64,000 nt of DNA from Felis catus (Eukaryota). The translations under genes and the position numbers were made by a program. This document shows, piece after piece, positions 47,521 through 57,690 of the stretch. Within the stretch, counting starts at the first letter, position 1; the number at the start of each line of letters is the position of its first letter. The stretch is from contig NC_058368.1 of NCBI RefSeq assembly GCF_018350175.1, positions 133,302,001 to 133,366,000 of the forward strand, written 5' to 3'. Below the pieces are notes generated by a model that had not been told where the DNA came from, did not search any database, and saw nothing but the letters and a program-made list of their open reading frames with translations.

Positions 47521-48111
47521 CAAACCTAACTGTTCTTATTTTTACGAGAAGATCACCTCATGATTCCTTTGGACCATCCGCCTGTTTACATAGTTTGGAG
47601 GCAGGAAACTACTGTAAGTGAAAGACTGAGTTAAATACTCTGTGTACTTCAGGGAATGGGAGATAGAGCATACAAACAACCATTCTATGCAGTTATCCAA
47701 GGAAGCCAATACTCTACTGCCGTGTAAGATAAACAGTGCCCTTTCCTGTCCCCTAATTCCATAAATGAAAGGCAACTTCATACAACCTCATAGGAAGCCA
47801 GCTATTCTGGTGACAATGAGGAATCTGTAGGGAAGTAGGTCTGTTTGCTTGCCCTTTGCCCTTCCCATGTAAAGGGGGACAAGGGCAGATCACTTGCCAT
47901 ATTAGCTAAGAGTGCAAAACCCAAAATTCCACATATAGGAAACTGGACTTCAAAACTGGCTCGTTTCACATAAGTTACTAGACAGATATCGGAGGGTAAT
48001 AACTTCTTGCTGCCTTTTAACTAAACTGCTAAATATGAAGTTATCCTCAATTCCCCTTCTCTCTCTTTCTTTCAGTTTTTCATTCTTTTTCTTTTTTCTT
48101 TTCTTTTGTTT

Positions 48112-48250
48112 TATATCTATATACACATATAGATATATACAATGTAATACATATATACATTATATATGTATATAATAATGTTACATATAGCATTATATAT
48201 TATATAGTATTACTTAATTGTGTCTATACATTATATATATAATATATATA
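48112..48250. repeat. AT-rich imperfect (TA)n tract
   Basis: Direct reading; adjoins the L1 tail. Confidence 0.85.
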
Positions 48251-48254
48251 AAGA

Positions 48255-49910
48255 CTTGATTCACTTAGAGCAGTTTTATGTTCACAGCAAAGTTAAAAGG
48301 AAGGTCCAGAGATTTCCCATATAACCCCTGCCCCTACACATGCATAGCTTACCCCATTATCAACACCCTCACCACAGTGGTATGGCTGTTACAACTGGTG
48401 AACCTGCACTGACACATCACAATCACCCAAGGCCACAGTTTACATTAGGTTTCACTCTTGGTGTTGTACATGCTATGAGTTCAGACAAAAGTGTAATGAC
48501 CTGTATCCATCATTGTAGTGTCATACACAGTATTTGCACTGCCCTAAAAATCCTTTGTGCTCTGCCTATTCATCCCCTCTGATCTTTTTACTATCTTGAA
48601 AGTTTTGCCTTTTCAGAAAGTCATCTTGTTTGAATCATACAGTATGTAACCTTTTCAGATTGGCTTGTCTTACTTAGCAATATGCTTTTACATTTCTTCC
48701 GTGTCTTTTCATGGCTTGATAACTCCTTCCTTTTTATGAGTAATATCCCATTGCCTGGATGCACCAGAGTGTGCTTATACATTCCCCTGGACATTGAAGG
48801 ACATCTTGGTTGCTTCCAAGATTTGGCAATTATGAAGAAAGCTGCAGTAAACATTCACATAGAGGTCTTTGTGTGAACGTGAATTTCCAACTCCTTTGGG
48901 TACATATCAAAGGATGCAGTTGCTGGGTCATATGGTAAGAGTGTGTTTACTTTTGTGAGAAACCATCAAACTGTCTTCCAAAGTGTTTACTGTTTTGTAT
49001 TTTCACCAGTAGTGAATGAGAGTTTCCATTGCTCCACAACCTCTCCAGCATTTGATGTTGTTACTGCTGTGGGCTTTGGGCACCTAATAGACTTCTAATG
49101 GCGTCTCCTTGTCTTTTTCATTTGTATTTCCCTGATGGCCTATGATGCGGGAGCGGGGGGCATCTTTTAACACACTGATTTTCCATCTGTGTATCTTCTT
49201 TGGTGGGGTGTCTTCTCAGGTCTTCGGCTCATTTTTAAATCTGGTTGTTTTTTTGTTGTTGCTGTTGCTTTTGTTGCATTTGAAGAGTTCTTTGTACATT
49301 TTGGATAACAGACCTTTATCAGTTGTCTTTTTTTTTTTTTTTTTTACATTTATTTACTTTTGAGAGACAGAGGGAGACAGCCTGAGCAGGGGAGGGCAGA
49401 GAGAGAGAGACACACAGAATTAGAAGCAGGCTCCAGGCTCCGAGCTGTCAGCACAGAGCCCAACGCGGGGCTGGAACCCACGAACCGTGAGATCATGACC
49501 TGAGCCAAAGTCAGACGCTTAACCGACTGAGCCACCCAGGCGCCTCTCAGATGTGTCTTTTATAAATATTTCTCCCAGTCTCTGGTTGTCTTCTCATTCT
49601 CTTGATTTTGTCTTTTGCAGAACTGCAGTGTTACATTTTCATGAAGCCCACCGTGTCAATTGTTTCTTTTGTGGATCATAGATCGTGTCTTTGGTGTTGT
49701 TACCGAAAAAGTAATGGTCATACCCAAACTCATCTAGGTTTTCTCCTGTGTTCTAGGAGTTTTATATTTTTGCATTTTACATTTAGGTCTGTGATCCATT
49801 TTGAGTTGATTTTTGTGAAGGGTATAAGGTCTATACAAGATTCCCTTTTTCACATGTCAGTGTCTAATTGTTCCAGCACGATTTGTTGAAAAGTCTATCT
49901 TTGCTCTATG
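48255..49910 (-). mobile_element. Old L1M 3' region, interrupted by a SINE
   Basis: ORF 48621..48854 MFTAAFFIIAKSWKQPRCPS matches the L1 ORF2 C-terminus; 3'UTR agagcagttttatgttcacagcaaa. Confidence 0.9.
49329..49545 (-). mobile_element. Can-SINE (SINEC_Fc type)
   Basis: poly(T), ggctccaggctccgagctgtcagcacagagccc...gagccacccaggcgcc. Confidence 0.95.
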
Positions 49911-50191
49911 TCTTTTCCTTTCTAAAATGTACATCTTTAGTAGTTTTGTTGAAAGTTCTCTTGAGAATTATTTCAAAAGCAATCAAAATCCTTCTTTCTC
50001 TCAGACTAAATACAATTTCCCAACCACCTCAACATTTTAAAACTTTAATCCCCGTATAAATTCTTTAATGCAACAAGAGCTTCTTGCCGTTAAAATTGTC
50101 ATTTTCTTGTTGCCCTTTAACTCAAATCTTAGTTGTTTAGGAACAAAATAACCCTGCTCAAAATATTTTCCCCTTAAAAATTGAGATTTTT

Positions 50192-50380
50192 GGGGGTTCC
50201 TGGGTGGCTCAGTTGGTTGAGTGTCCAACTTCGTCTCAGGTCATGATCTCATGGTTCGTGACTTGTGCTGACAGCTTGAAGCCTGGAGACTGCTTTGGAT
50301 TCTGTGTCTCCCCCCCTCTCTCTCTGCCCCTCCCCTGCTCACTCTCTCTCTCAAGAATAAATAAACATTTAAAAAGTTTT
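50192..50380 (+). mobile_element. Can-SINE (internally deleted)
   Basis: Perfect TSD ttaaaaattgagatttt at 50174-50190 and 50381-50397. Confidence 0.93.
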
Positions 50381-50819
50381 TTAAAAATTGAGATTTTCTA
50401 GTGTCTTTTAGCATTCAGTGCTTCTAATGTCAATTTGATACCCAATCTATTCTCAATGTACACCATCTCACTCACTCTGGAAACTTTCTCTTGATCCTTG
50501 GTACTCTAAAATTTCATCAAGATAGATCTGTTTCAATCTGTTTAGTGTTCTGTGGGTTCTTTCAGTCTGAACACATGTACTTTTATTCAGCTTTGGGAAC
50601 TTTTCTTACAGTATTTATTTGATGTTTTGTCTCTGTCTTTTTATTATTTTTCCATTTTGGAGTTCCTCCTAAAGCACCCCCACTTTCTTAGTTATATTTG
50701 GTCTCCATGATGTGGGCTGTGGTTTCTTCTATAAATGAGATTACATCATCTTTGTTTTTTCAGGATTTCTTCAAAATTTCTGGAGTACAATAACATACTA
50801 TTTCTACTTTCCCAGGGCT

Positions 50820-50822
<3 letters not shown>

Positions 50823-50868
<46 letters not shown>
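50823..50868. repeat. (TG)23 microsatellite
   Basis: Direct reading. Confidence 0.97.
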
Positions 50869-50871
<3 letters not shown>

Positions 50872-51467
50872 CTTGTGATTTGAGGCTGGAGGTTAGAAAT
50901 ATGTGACTAATCTGTCATATCAATCTAGGCTCCCAAATGATTATTTCTATAAGGCTGGAATTTGTCTGCTCACAAGTGGAAGTTCCCTGTTTGAGATTTC
51001 ACAATGCCTTCCTCAGACAAAATTTTGGAAGAAGTATAATTTTTATGGATACTGAATACAGAAGTTATTCCTTTATTGCTGTGGTTTCATGTAAGTCAGC
51101 CATGTCCATTCTAGTCTGCCACACTCCTTCCCAGGTTCTACTTTCTGTTAATGGCTGTGAGTGCTTTCCACATTCTCTTATTTTATGTGGAATACAAATG
51201 CAGTCACCACGAGGAGGCTAGGTTCACCTTTTCATCCTGTAATTCTTGAAGATCTTGAAAAGAAACGGTCTTTAATGTGGTTCAGGGATGGAGGCTTTTT
51301 AAAACATGCTGCTTAGAGAATTAACCTTATGTCAGTGACACCTTTCTAAGTTCTAAACATTTTAAGGGGAAGAGAGATCATTAAGGAAAGAAAGAGGTCA
51401 TGCTTTCTACTCCATAGTCCTGGGAACCAGTCAAAGGAATAATAATGTTCCAGCCAGAGTAATCAGA

Positions 51468-51640
51468 GCAGATATGGCTAATAGGTTTCAACTTGAATTG
51501 AAATAAATGATTGATAGGGGCTGCCTGGAGCACAGCTGTGTTGGAAAAGATTGTGAGGCCACATCTGGGTTCACAGGACAAAGTGTGATTAATGATGTCT
51601 GCCATGGTTATGAGAGGAGGTGGTGGTGGTAGCCATGCCA
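51468..51640. mobile_element. Old hAT-Charlie MITE (MER102-like)
   Basis: atggctaataggtttca...ggctgcctggagc...gattgtgaggccacatctgggttca...gatgtctgccatgg. Confidence 0.55.
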
Positions 51641-52013
51641 TGTATATTTAATCCCTGAATAAGAGTCTTCTGATGAATAGAACTATTCATCCATGAGGGT
51701 GCCAGATTGCAGTTAGAAGATTATGGGCATGTTCTGACAGCATGGAGGTAAGATGCTAATGCTATTTGGACTGATTTTATTCAGCTTGTAGTCAGAATGA
51801 TTTCCTGAGTTAGCAGTGCCAGTAAGTTGGAAAATAAACTGTGTCATATTTGTACATCTCCTGCTTAGTTCAAACTTAAGCACAGGACCATGATGCATCC
51901 CAGTACAGACAGAGATGTGATGTTACACAGAAAATTGGGATAGTAAGCTGCTTGGATTATCATTCTAATAAAATCTTCCTGTGTCCTAAAAGGCAGGGGT
52001 GGATCCTTTTTCC

Positions 52014-52231
52014 TTTTTCTTTTTTGATGTTTATTTTTCAGAGACAGAGACAGCATGAGTGGGGGAGGGGCAGAGAGAGAGAGAGAGAGAGACACACACA
52101 CAGAATCCGAAGCAGGCTCCAAGCTCTGAGCTGTCAGCAGAGAGCCCAACGCAGGGCTTGAACTCAAGAACGTCAGATCATGACCTGAGCTTAAGTCGGA
52201 CGCTTAACCGATGGAGCCACCCAGGCGTCCC
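52014..52231 (-). mobile_element. Can-SINE (SINEC_Fc type)
   Basis: TSD tggatcctttttcc at 52000-52013 and 52232-52245. Confidence 0.96.
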
Positions 52232-52271
52232 TGGATCCTTTTTCCATTTGCTTTATTTTATACTTCATTAA

Positions 52272-52488
52272 GGGGCGCCTGGGTGGCTCTGTCAGTTCAG
52301 TGTCTGACTTCGGCTCAGGTCACAGTCTCACAGTTCGTGGGTTTGAGCCCCGCATCAGGCTCTGTGCTGACCGCTTGCTTAGAGCCTGGAGCCTGCTTCA
52401 GATTCTGTGTCTCCTTCTCTCTCTGCCCCTCCCCCGCTTACGCTTTGTCTCACTCTGTTTCTTAAAAATAAATAAATGTAAAAAAAAA
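52272..52488 (+). mobile_element. Can-SINE (SINEC_Fc type)
   Basis: TSD ttattttatacttcatt at 52253-52269 and 52489-52505. Confidence 0.96.
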
Positions 52489-52509
52489 TTATTTTATACT
52501 TCATTCAGT

Positions 52510-52940
52510 CATTATAGAAAGATATAAAGAAGAGAGTGGTATTTACCCATGATACTGTCAGAGATAATATTGCTACTATTTGGGTGTAGAACCTTCTAGA
52601 CTCTCTTCAACGTATATGATTGAAATTAAAGGGGTCATAGTGTGCATCCTGTTTTCAGCCTAAATTTCAGCCTCTTTCTAAGTTAATATTATACCTGCAT
52701 AATAGTATGTAATAGATCATTAATACTTTGTTCGATCTATGTATCATATTTATTTAATCAAGCTTCATAGGTTGTTTCTCATACTTTGGTATTGCAAATA
52801 ACATTTTGGTGAATATCCTTGTACATAAATATTTGTGCACTACTTATTCCCTTAGGATAATTTTCTAGAAGAGTATTTCCTGGGCCAAATTAGTAAATTT
52901 TTGTTTTCATTTTAAGAGTTTTGTTACTGTCCTCCAAAAA
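52510..52940 (-). mobile_element. Old L1ME-type fragment
   Basis: gtgaatatccttgtacataaatatttgtgcac...ttcccttaggataattttctagaag. Confidence 0.6.
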
Positions 52941-54119
52941 GGCTAACAATATACTTAATAAATCTTGAAGAGAATGACATAGAAAGCACAATAAAGTTGT
53001 TAAGATCACTCCCCCGAATGAAGAGCCTGAACTATTCCCCACCCACACAGCCTCTTTTCCTACTTCATGGATGTTTACATCTCTTGATCATAGAGACCGT
53101 TACAGTTGGAACTACAGCAGCCGGTTCAGAAGCAGGGAGAAGCGTTCGGGGCCTGTGGAGTGGAGCCAGATATGGTCATAGGGAGGGCTTCCTTCCATCC
53201 ACCAAACAGCTGCACGGTTCCAGCTGTCCCAGGACTGCTGAGCACCCGTGAAGGACTGAGCATTCTTTCCTGTACTTCCTAGAACATGCCAGGCTCATGC
53301 TGACACATTATGAAGGTCCCCAGTTACATCCTATTGATTAATCTCTGAGGTTACCTGCAGGCATGCAGAGTTTGGAAGGCTGGCAATTGGAGGGCTGGTG
53401 GAGTCTGGAGGAAGACTAGGCTGCTGTTCCTTAAGCGGGGAGGCGGAAAGCTGTCCCTCAGCTGGAGTGAATATTATAGGAAAGTTGAAGTTCATGACTT
53501 CCTTCTGAAAAGGCTTGAATTGTTAATGGGTCAGGATGGCGTTTTTTTTTTTTTTTTTTTTTTTACCTATATACGTTTTCTTTCTTTATCCCGAGTCACA
53601 GCTTTTTATCCCATTCCATCATCTTCTTTTGTCTTGAATTTCTTTTTGACCTTTAAGAATCCCCTTTGTCATTTGTGGCACTTGAATGAGTATTTGGTAT
53701 TGTGAGGAAACACTGGAATAAATAAATCACAGTTAATGACATCAGAAATCATAGTTCAGATTATCTATAACAAGTAGGAAATTAAACTTCAAATAACCTA
53801 TACCTACATGGTTTAGGGGAGAAGTTGTTTTTGTTTCATTTTCAAATAATAGCACTACTATTTAGTTATTCCAGCTTCAAAGGTTTCATTCTCCCCATAA
53901 ATTGTCGTATTGGTGCCTTTTTGAAACTAGAAACCAGAGCAGCTGGGACAACTCCTTGTGCATATTGGAAAGCATAGTGAGCTAGAAGGCACAATGGGCA
54001 GCTGCTGGCTCACAGGATGTGCAGATGTGTTTCTAAACACACCCAGTCTTAGTAGGTGGCATGAACAGCCAATATCAGTGATAACAGAGCTTAGTTTCAG
54101 ACCTAGAAAATTCTAGTGG

Positions 54120-54124
<5 letters not shown>

Positions 54125-54156
<32 letters not shown>
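54125..54156. repeat. (CA)16 microsatellite
   Basis: Direct reading. Confidence 0.97.
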
Positions 54157-54159
<3 letters not shown>

Positions 54160-54433
54160 CCCAGGAGACTAGAAAAAGTCCATTTACTCACATTCCATTT
54201 GTTTTTTAAAAGCATGCTAATTGTAGAAATTTGTTCTTTCTTTCAAAAATAAAAAGTAAAGAATTTAAGAGTAGGAAAAAACCAAAACAATTGGGGAATC
54301 AGAAATATATTGAAATTTATTTCTGGAAATGTTTTGCTCTTCATTTTACTTTGAGAATTGTAAAGATTTTCCTCCATTTACAAAAGTAGTGCCTATGTGT
54401 TCATTGCAGAACATTTGGAAAATATGGAAGTTT

Positions 54434-54640
54434 TTTTAAAAATTTTTTTTTATGTTTTACTCTATTTTTGAGAGAGGGGGAGGAGGGGCAGAGAGAGAGA
54501 GGGAGACACAGAATGCGAAGCAGGCTCCAGGCTCTGAGCTGTCAGCACGGAGCCAGACGCGGGGCTCAAACCCACGAACCCTGAGATCATGACCTGAGTC
54601 GACGTCAGACACTCAACAGACTGAGCCACCCAGGCGCCCC
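54434..54640 (-). mobile_element. Can-SINE (SINEC_Fc type)
   Basis: Perfect 18-bp TSD tggaaaatatggaagttt at 54416-54433 and 54641-54658. Confidence 0.96.
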
Positions 54641-54864
54641 TGGAAAATATGGAAGTTTAAAATTACTTACATTCCACCCACCCAGACACCACTCACATAT
54701 AGGCAGTTTTGTTTCCTCTTCTTTGTATCTAAATATGTAAATAAAATTTCATCTCCTTCGTTATCTTCTTTTAAGTTTGATCGGATTTTTTTTATGTACT
54801 TTTGATTCCTATTTTCTTCACCCCAAATTTTATCATGAGCAGTTCCTTGACGTTTTTGGTATTT

Positions 54865-55130
54865 AGTTAGCAATTATTTATTGAGTGCTTACCATGAGTT
54901 CAGGTATTTTTCCAGGCACTGGAGATATAGTGAAGAAGAAAAGAAACATGGCACTTGTTGTCTTGGACTTTGTAGTCAAATGGGAAGACATGTGGGTAAA
55001 AAGCAACTATTATGGAATAAGGTAAGTATCACAATGTGGAATAGAAAATATAGGCTGGTAGCACCTAACTGGAAAGACTTTCTTGAAGAACAGAGCAGAC
55101 ACCTAAAGGTGGAGAAGGGTTTGCCAGCAA
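54865..55130 (-). mobile_element. L2 3' end
   Basis: tttattgagtgcttaccatg...caggcactggagatatagtgaa. Confidence 0.7.
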
Positions 55131-55134
55131 ATAT

Positions 55135-55670
55135 GATTGCTTTTATGGCTACATAATATTCCGTAGCATGAACATGCCACAGTTTAACTTGTCTCTTATT
55201 GGACAACTAGATTGCATCTGATTCCTTGCCATTATAAATAATAATGAGAAAGTTGCATTTAAGTCTTTGTCAACATTACTGATATTTCCTAGTATCAGAT
55301 TTCTAGGAATTTCATTACTAGGTGGAAGAAAGCAAACCTTATGCAATTTCTTGATACGTACTGCTAAATTGCTTTTCAGAAAGACTTCTCTACACTCACA
55401 CCTAGGACATGACATCACCCGTGGGACTACGCCCTTGCTGCGGTTGAATATTAACATTAGTTTAAAATACCAAATTGATAGTTGAAAAATATAGTTTACT
55501 GTGCTTTATTTTTTTTAATTACCAGAAAGACGAAACATTCTTTTCTATATGCATTAGCCTTTTGGGTTCTCTTTTAGTATCTCTTTATGCCTTATACTCA
55601 AGTTTTCTATGGGAGGTTCATTTTTGTGTATGTTTTGATCTTTGGGAACTATTTTTATATTATGAAGTAT
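55135..55670 (-). mobile_element. Old L1ME-type fragment
   Basis: tttttatggctacataatattccgtag...attggacaactagattg...ctaaattgcttttcagaaag. Confidence 0.6.
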
Positions 55671-56663
55671 TTGGTGTGTGTGTGTGGGGGGGTGATTTTA
55701 GGAATGTTTGCTTTCCAGATGTATCATATTATTCAGATCATTTGTTTCCTGTCACCAAGAATGGAAGTTTATTTAGTGAGCATATACACAGAACAAGGTT
55801 AGTAGAAAACTATGCACTTGAGCTATCATCTTGCTTTAGATTCTCCTGTTCCAAGTGAATGACCATGGGAAGCTATCTAAATAAAATGTCAAAATTCCCA
55901 TACTGGGCAAATATGAAGACAGAAAGGGATTTAAGATAAAAGTGACTCTTTATTTACTGACCTATCTAGGTCCACTGCCTATCTCTACACACATACAGGG
56001 AAAGAAAATGCCTACCTAAAAGTATCTCCCATTTCTGAATGGAGGACGGGTCATGAGTTGTAAGCCCCAGGGCCAGGTCTCTGGGTTTGTCTCGACCACC
56101 AAGACAGAGGTTGGTAAGTTGCCCCACCTGGAAGTAGCAGCTGTGGGGCTCAAGAAAAAATTGGACATTTAAAGTAGGTCATTAAAATGTCACACATCAT
56201 GAAGCTTCAGCCTGGGACTGAGGACTCAGGGTGGGGACCAAGAGAGTAATACTGGGAATTCTTTATCTACCACAGTGCCCAGGACAGATTCTGCTTTACA
56301 GCCTGGATCAGAAAGTCTAATATACTGGTGGTTTAGAAAAGAACTTAGAAATGAGCAAGAGTGCTATATAAATTTTCAATCTGTGACTTAATCCTAACCT
56401 AAGAATAACTATAGCCCAGATAATTTCTTTCTGCTTCACTTGTTGGCCCTATACTCGAAATTTTGAAATTCCTTCTTACCAAGCGACACATAGATTTGAA
56501 TCCTTTTTCAATAAACATGGACTATGATATATAGAGTTTGGTAATGTGCCATTTAACTTGACATCATTTTAAAAACATTTTCCAATTCGTTAACTATTCT
56601 CCAAACAATGTGACTGTATAGTTTTCCACTAAATAGACCTATCACATTAAGTTGACCATTTTT

Positions 56664-56718
56664 ATTTTATTTATTTCTTTTGTTTCAGGTTTTTATTTAC
56701 TTTCTAGTTAACATACAG
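56664..56718 (-). mobile_element. Ultra-short carnivore L1 3' terminus
   Basis: T-rich tail plus tttcaggtttttatttactttctagttaacatacag; degenerate TSD aagttgaccattttt/aaattgaccgcttttt. Confidence 0.55.
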
Positions 56719-56744
56719 AAAATTGACCGCTTTTTAAACTTTAA

Positions 56745-56949
56745 TTTTTTTGCATTCTTTTTTTTTTTTAATGTTTGTTTATTTTTGAGAGAGTGCAAGC
56801 AGTGGTGAGGCAGAGAGAGGAAGACAGAGGATCCAAAGGGGGCTCTGTGCTGATGACAGTGAGCCCTATGTGGGGCTTGAACTCACGAACTGAGAGATCA
56901 TGTCCTGAGCAGGAGTCGAATGCTCAACCAACAGCCATCCAGGTACCCT
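56745..56949 (-). mobile_element. Can-SINE
   Basis: aatgtttgtttatttttgagagag...ggctctgtgctga...gccatccaggtaccc. Confidence 0.92.
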
Positions 56950-57203
56950 ATCCCATTTTTTAAATTATAATAAATTCTATACTGAACATCTGTGTGAGTA
57001 CTTGTTTTAAATGCATTTGTGATTATTTTGTTAGGATAAAAATTAAAATTGGGTTAACCTGGAGAATTTTATCCCAGACATTTATATTTTTAAAAAATTG
57101 GTGTTATACTGTACATATTTATTGTCACTCAGATGTTTCACTTGGCAAATTGGGAGCATTATTCCATGACATCAAATATTCATTAAAAACATTTTTCTTT
57201 AGT

Positions 57204-57401
57204 GAGCCACCTTGGTGGCTCAGTGAGTTGAGTGTCTGACTCTTGGTCTCAGCTCAGGTCATGATCTCATAGTTCGTGTGTTTGAGCCCCACATCTGGCT
57301 CTGCACTGATAGTGCTGAGCCTGCTTGGAATTCTGTCTCTCCCTCTCTCTCTCTCTCCCTCCCCCCTCGCTCAAAATAAGTTGATAAACTTAAAAAATTT
57401 T
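57204..57401 (+). mobile_element. Can-SINE
   Basis: ggtggctcagtgagttgagtgtctgactcttg; TSD tttttctttagtg at 57192-57204 and 57402-57414. Confidence 0.92.
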
Positions 57402-57544
57402 TTTTTCTTTAGTGGCCGTATGATAGTTCGTTTTGTGAATATGCTATCATTTATCATTTTTTAGCCATTCCCTATTATTAAGGAATCCCATTATTTCTAC
57501 TTTTTTTGGTGTTCTAACATCTTTATATATACATTTTATCTAAT

Positions 57545-57690
57545 TAAGAAAACCGAATAGAATAATGAACTTTGTCATCCTATTATCCAGCTTCAAAGAT
57601 TATCAGCACATGGCCAATCCTGTTTCACCAGTAACCTTCAAATCCCTATTTCCCCGTGGCATATTTTAAAGCAAGTGTCCCAGAACATTT
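57545..57690 (-). mobile_element. Old L1MC-type 3' end fragment
   Basis: ccagcttcaaagattatcagcacatggccaatcctgtttca...tattttaaagcaa. Confidence 0.55.

Noticed and set aside
53281..53303. p53-like element gaacatgccaggctcatgctg
   Set aside because: Only one near-consensus half-site; the second does not fit RRRCWWGYYY.
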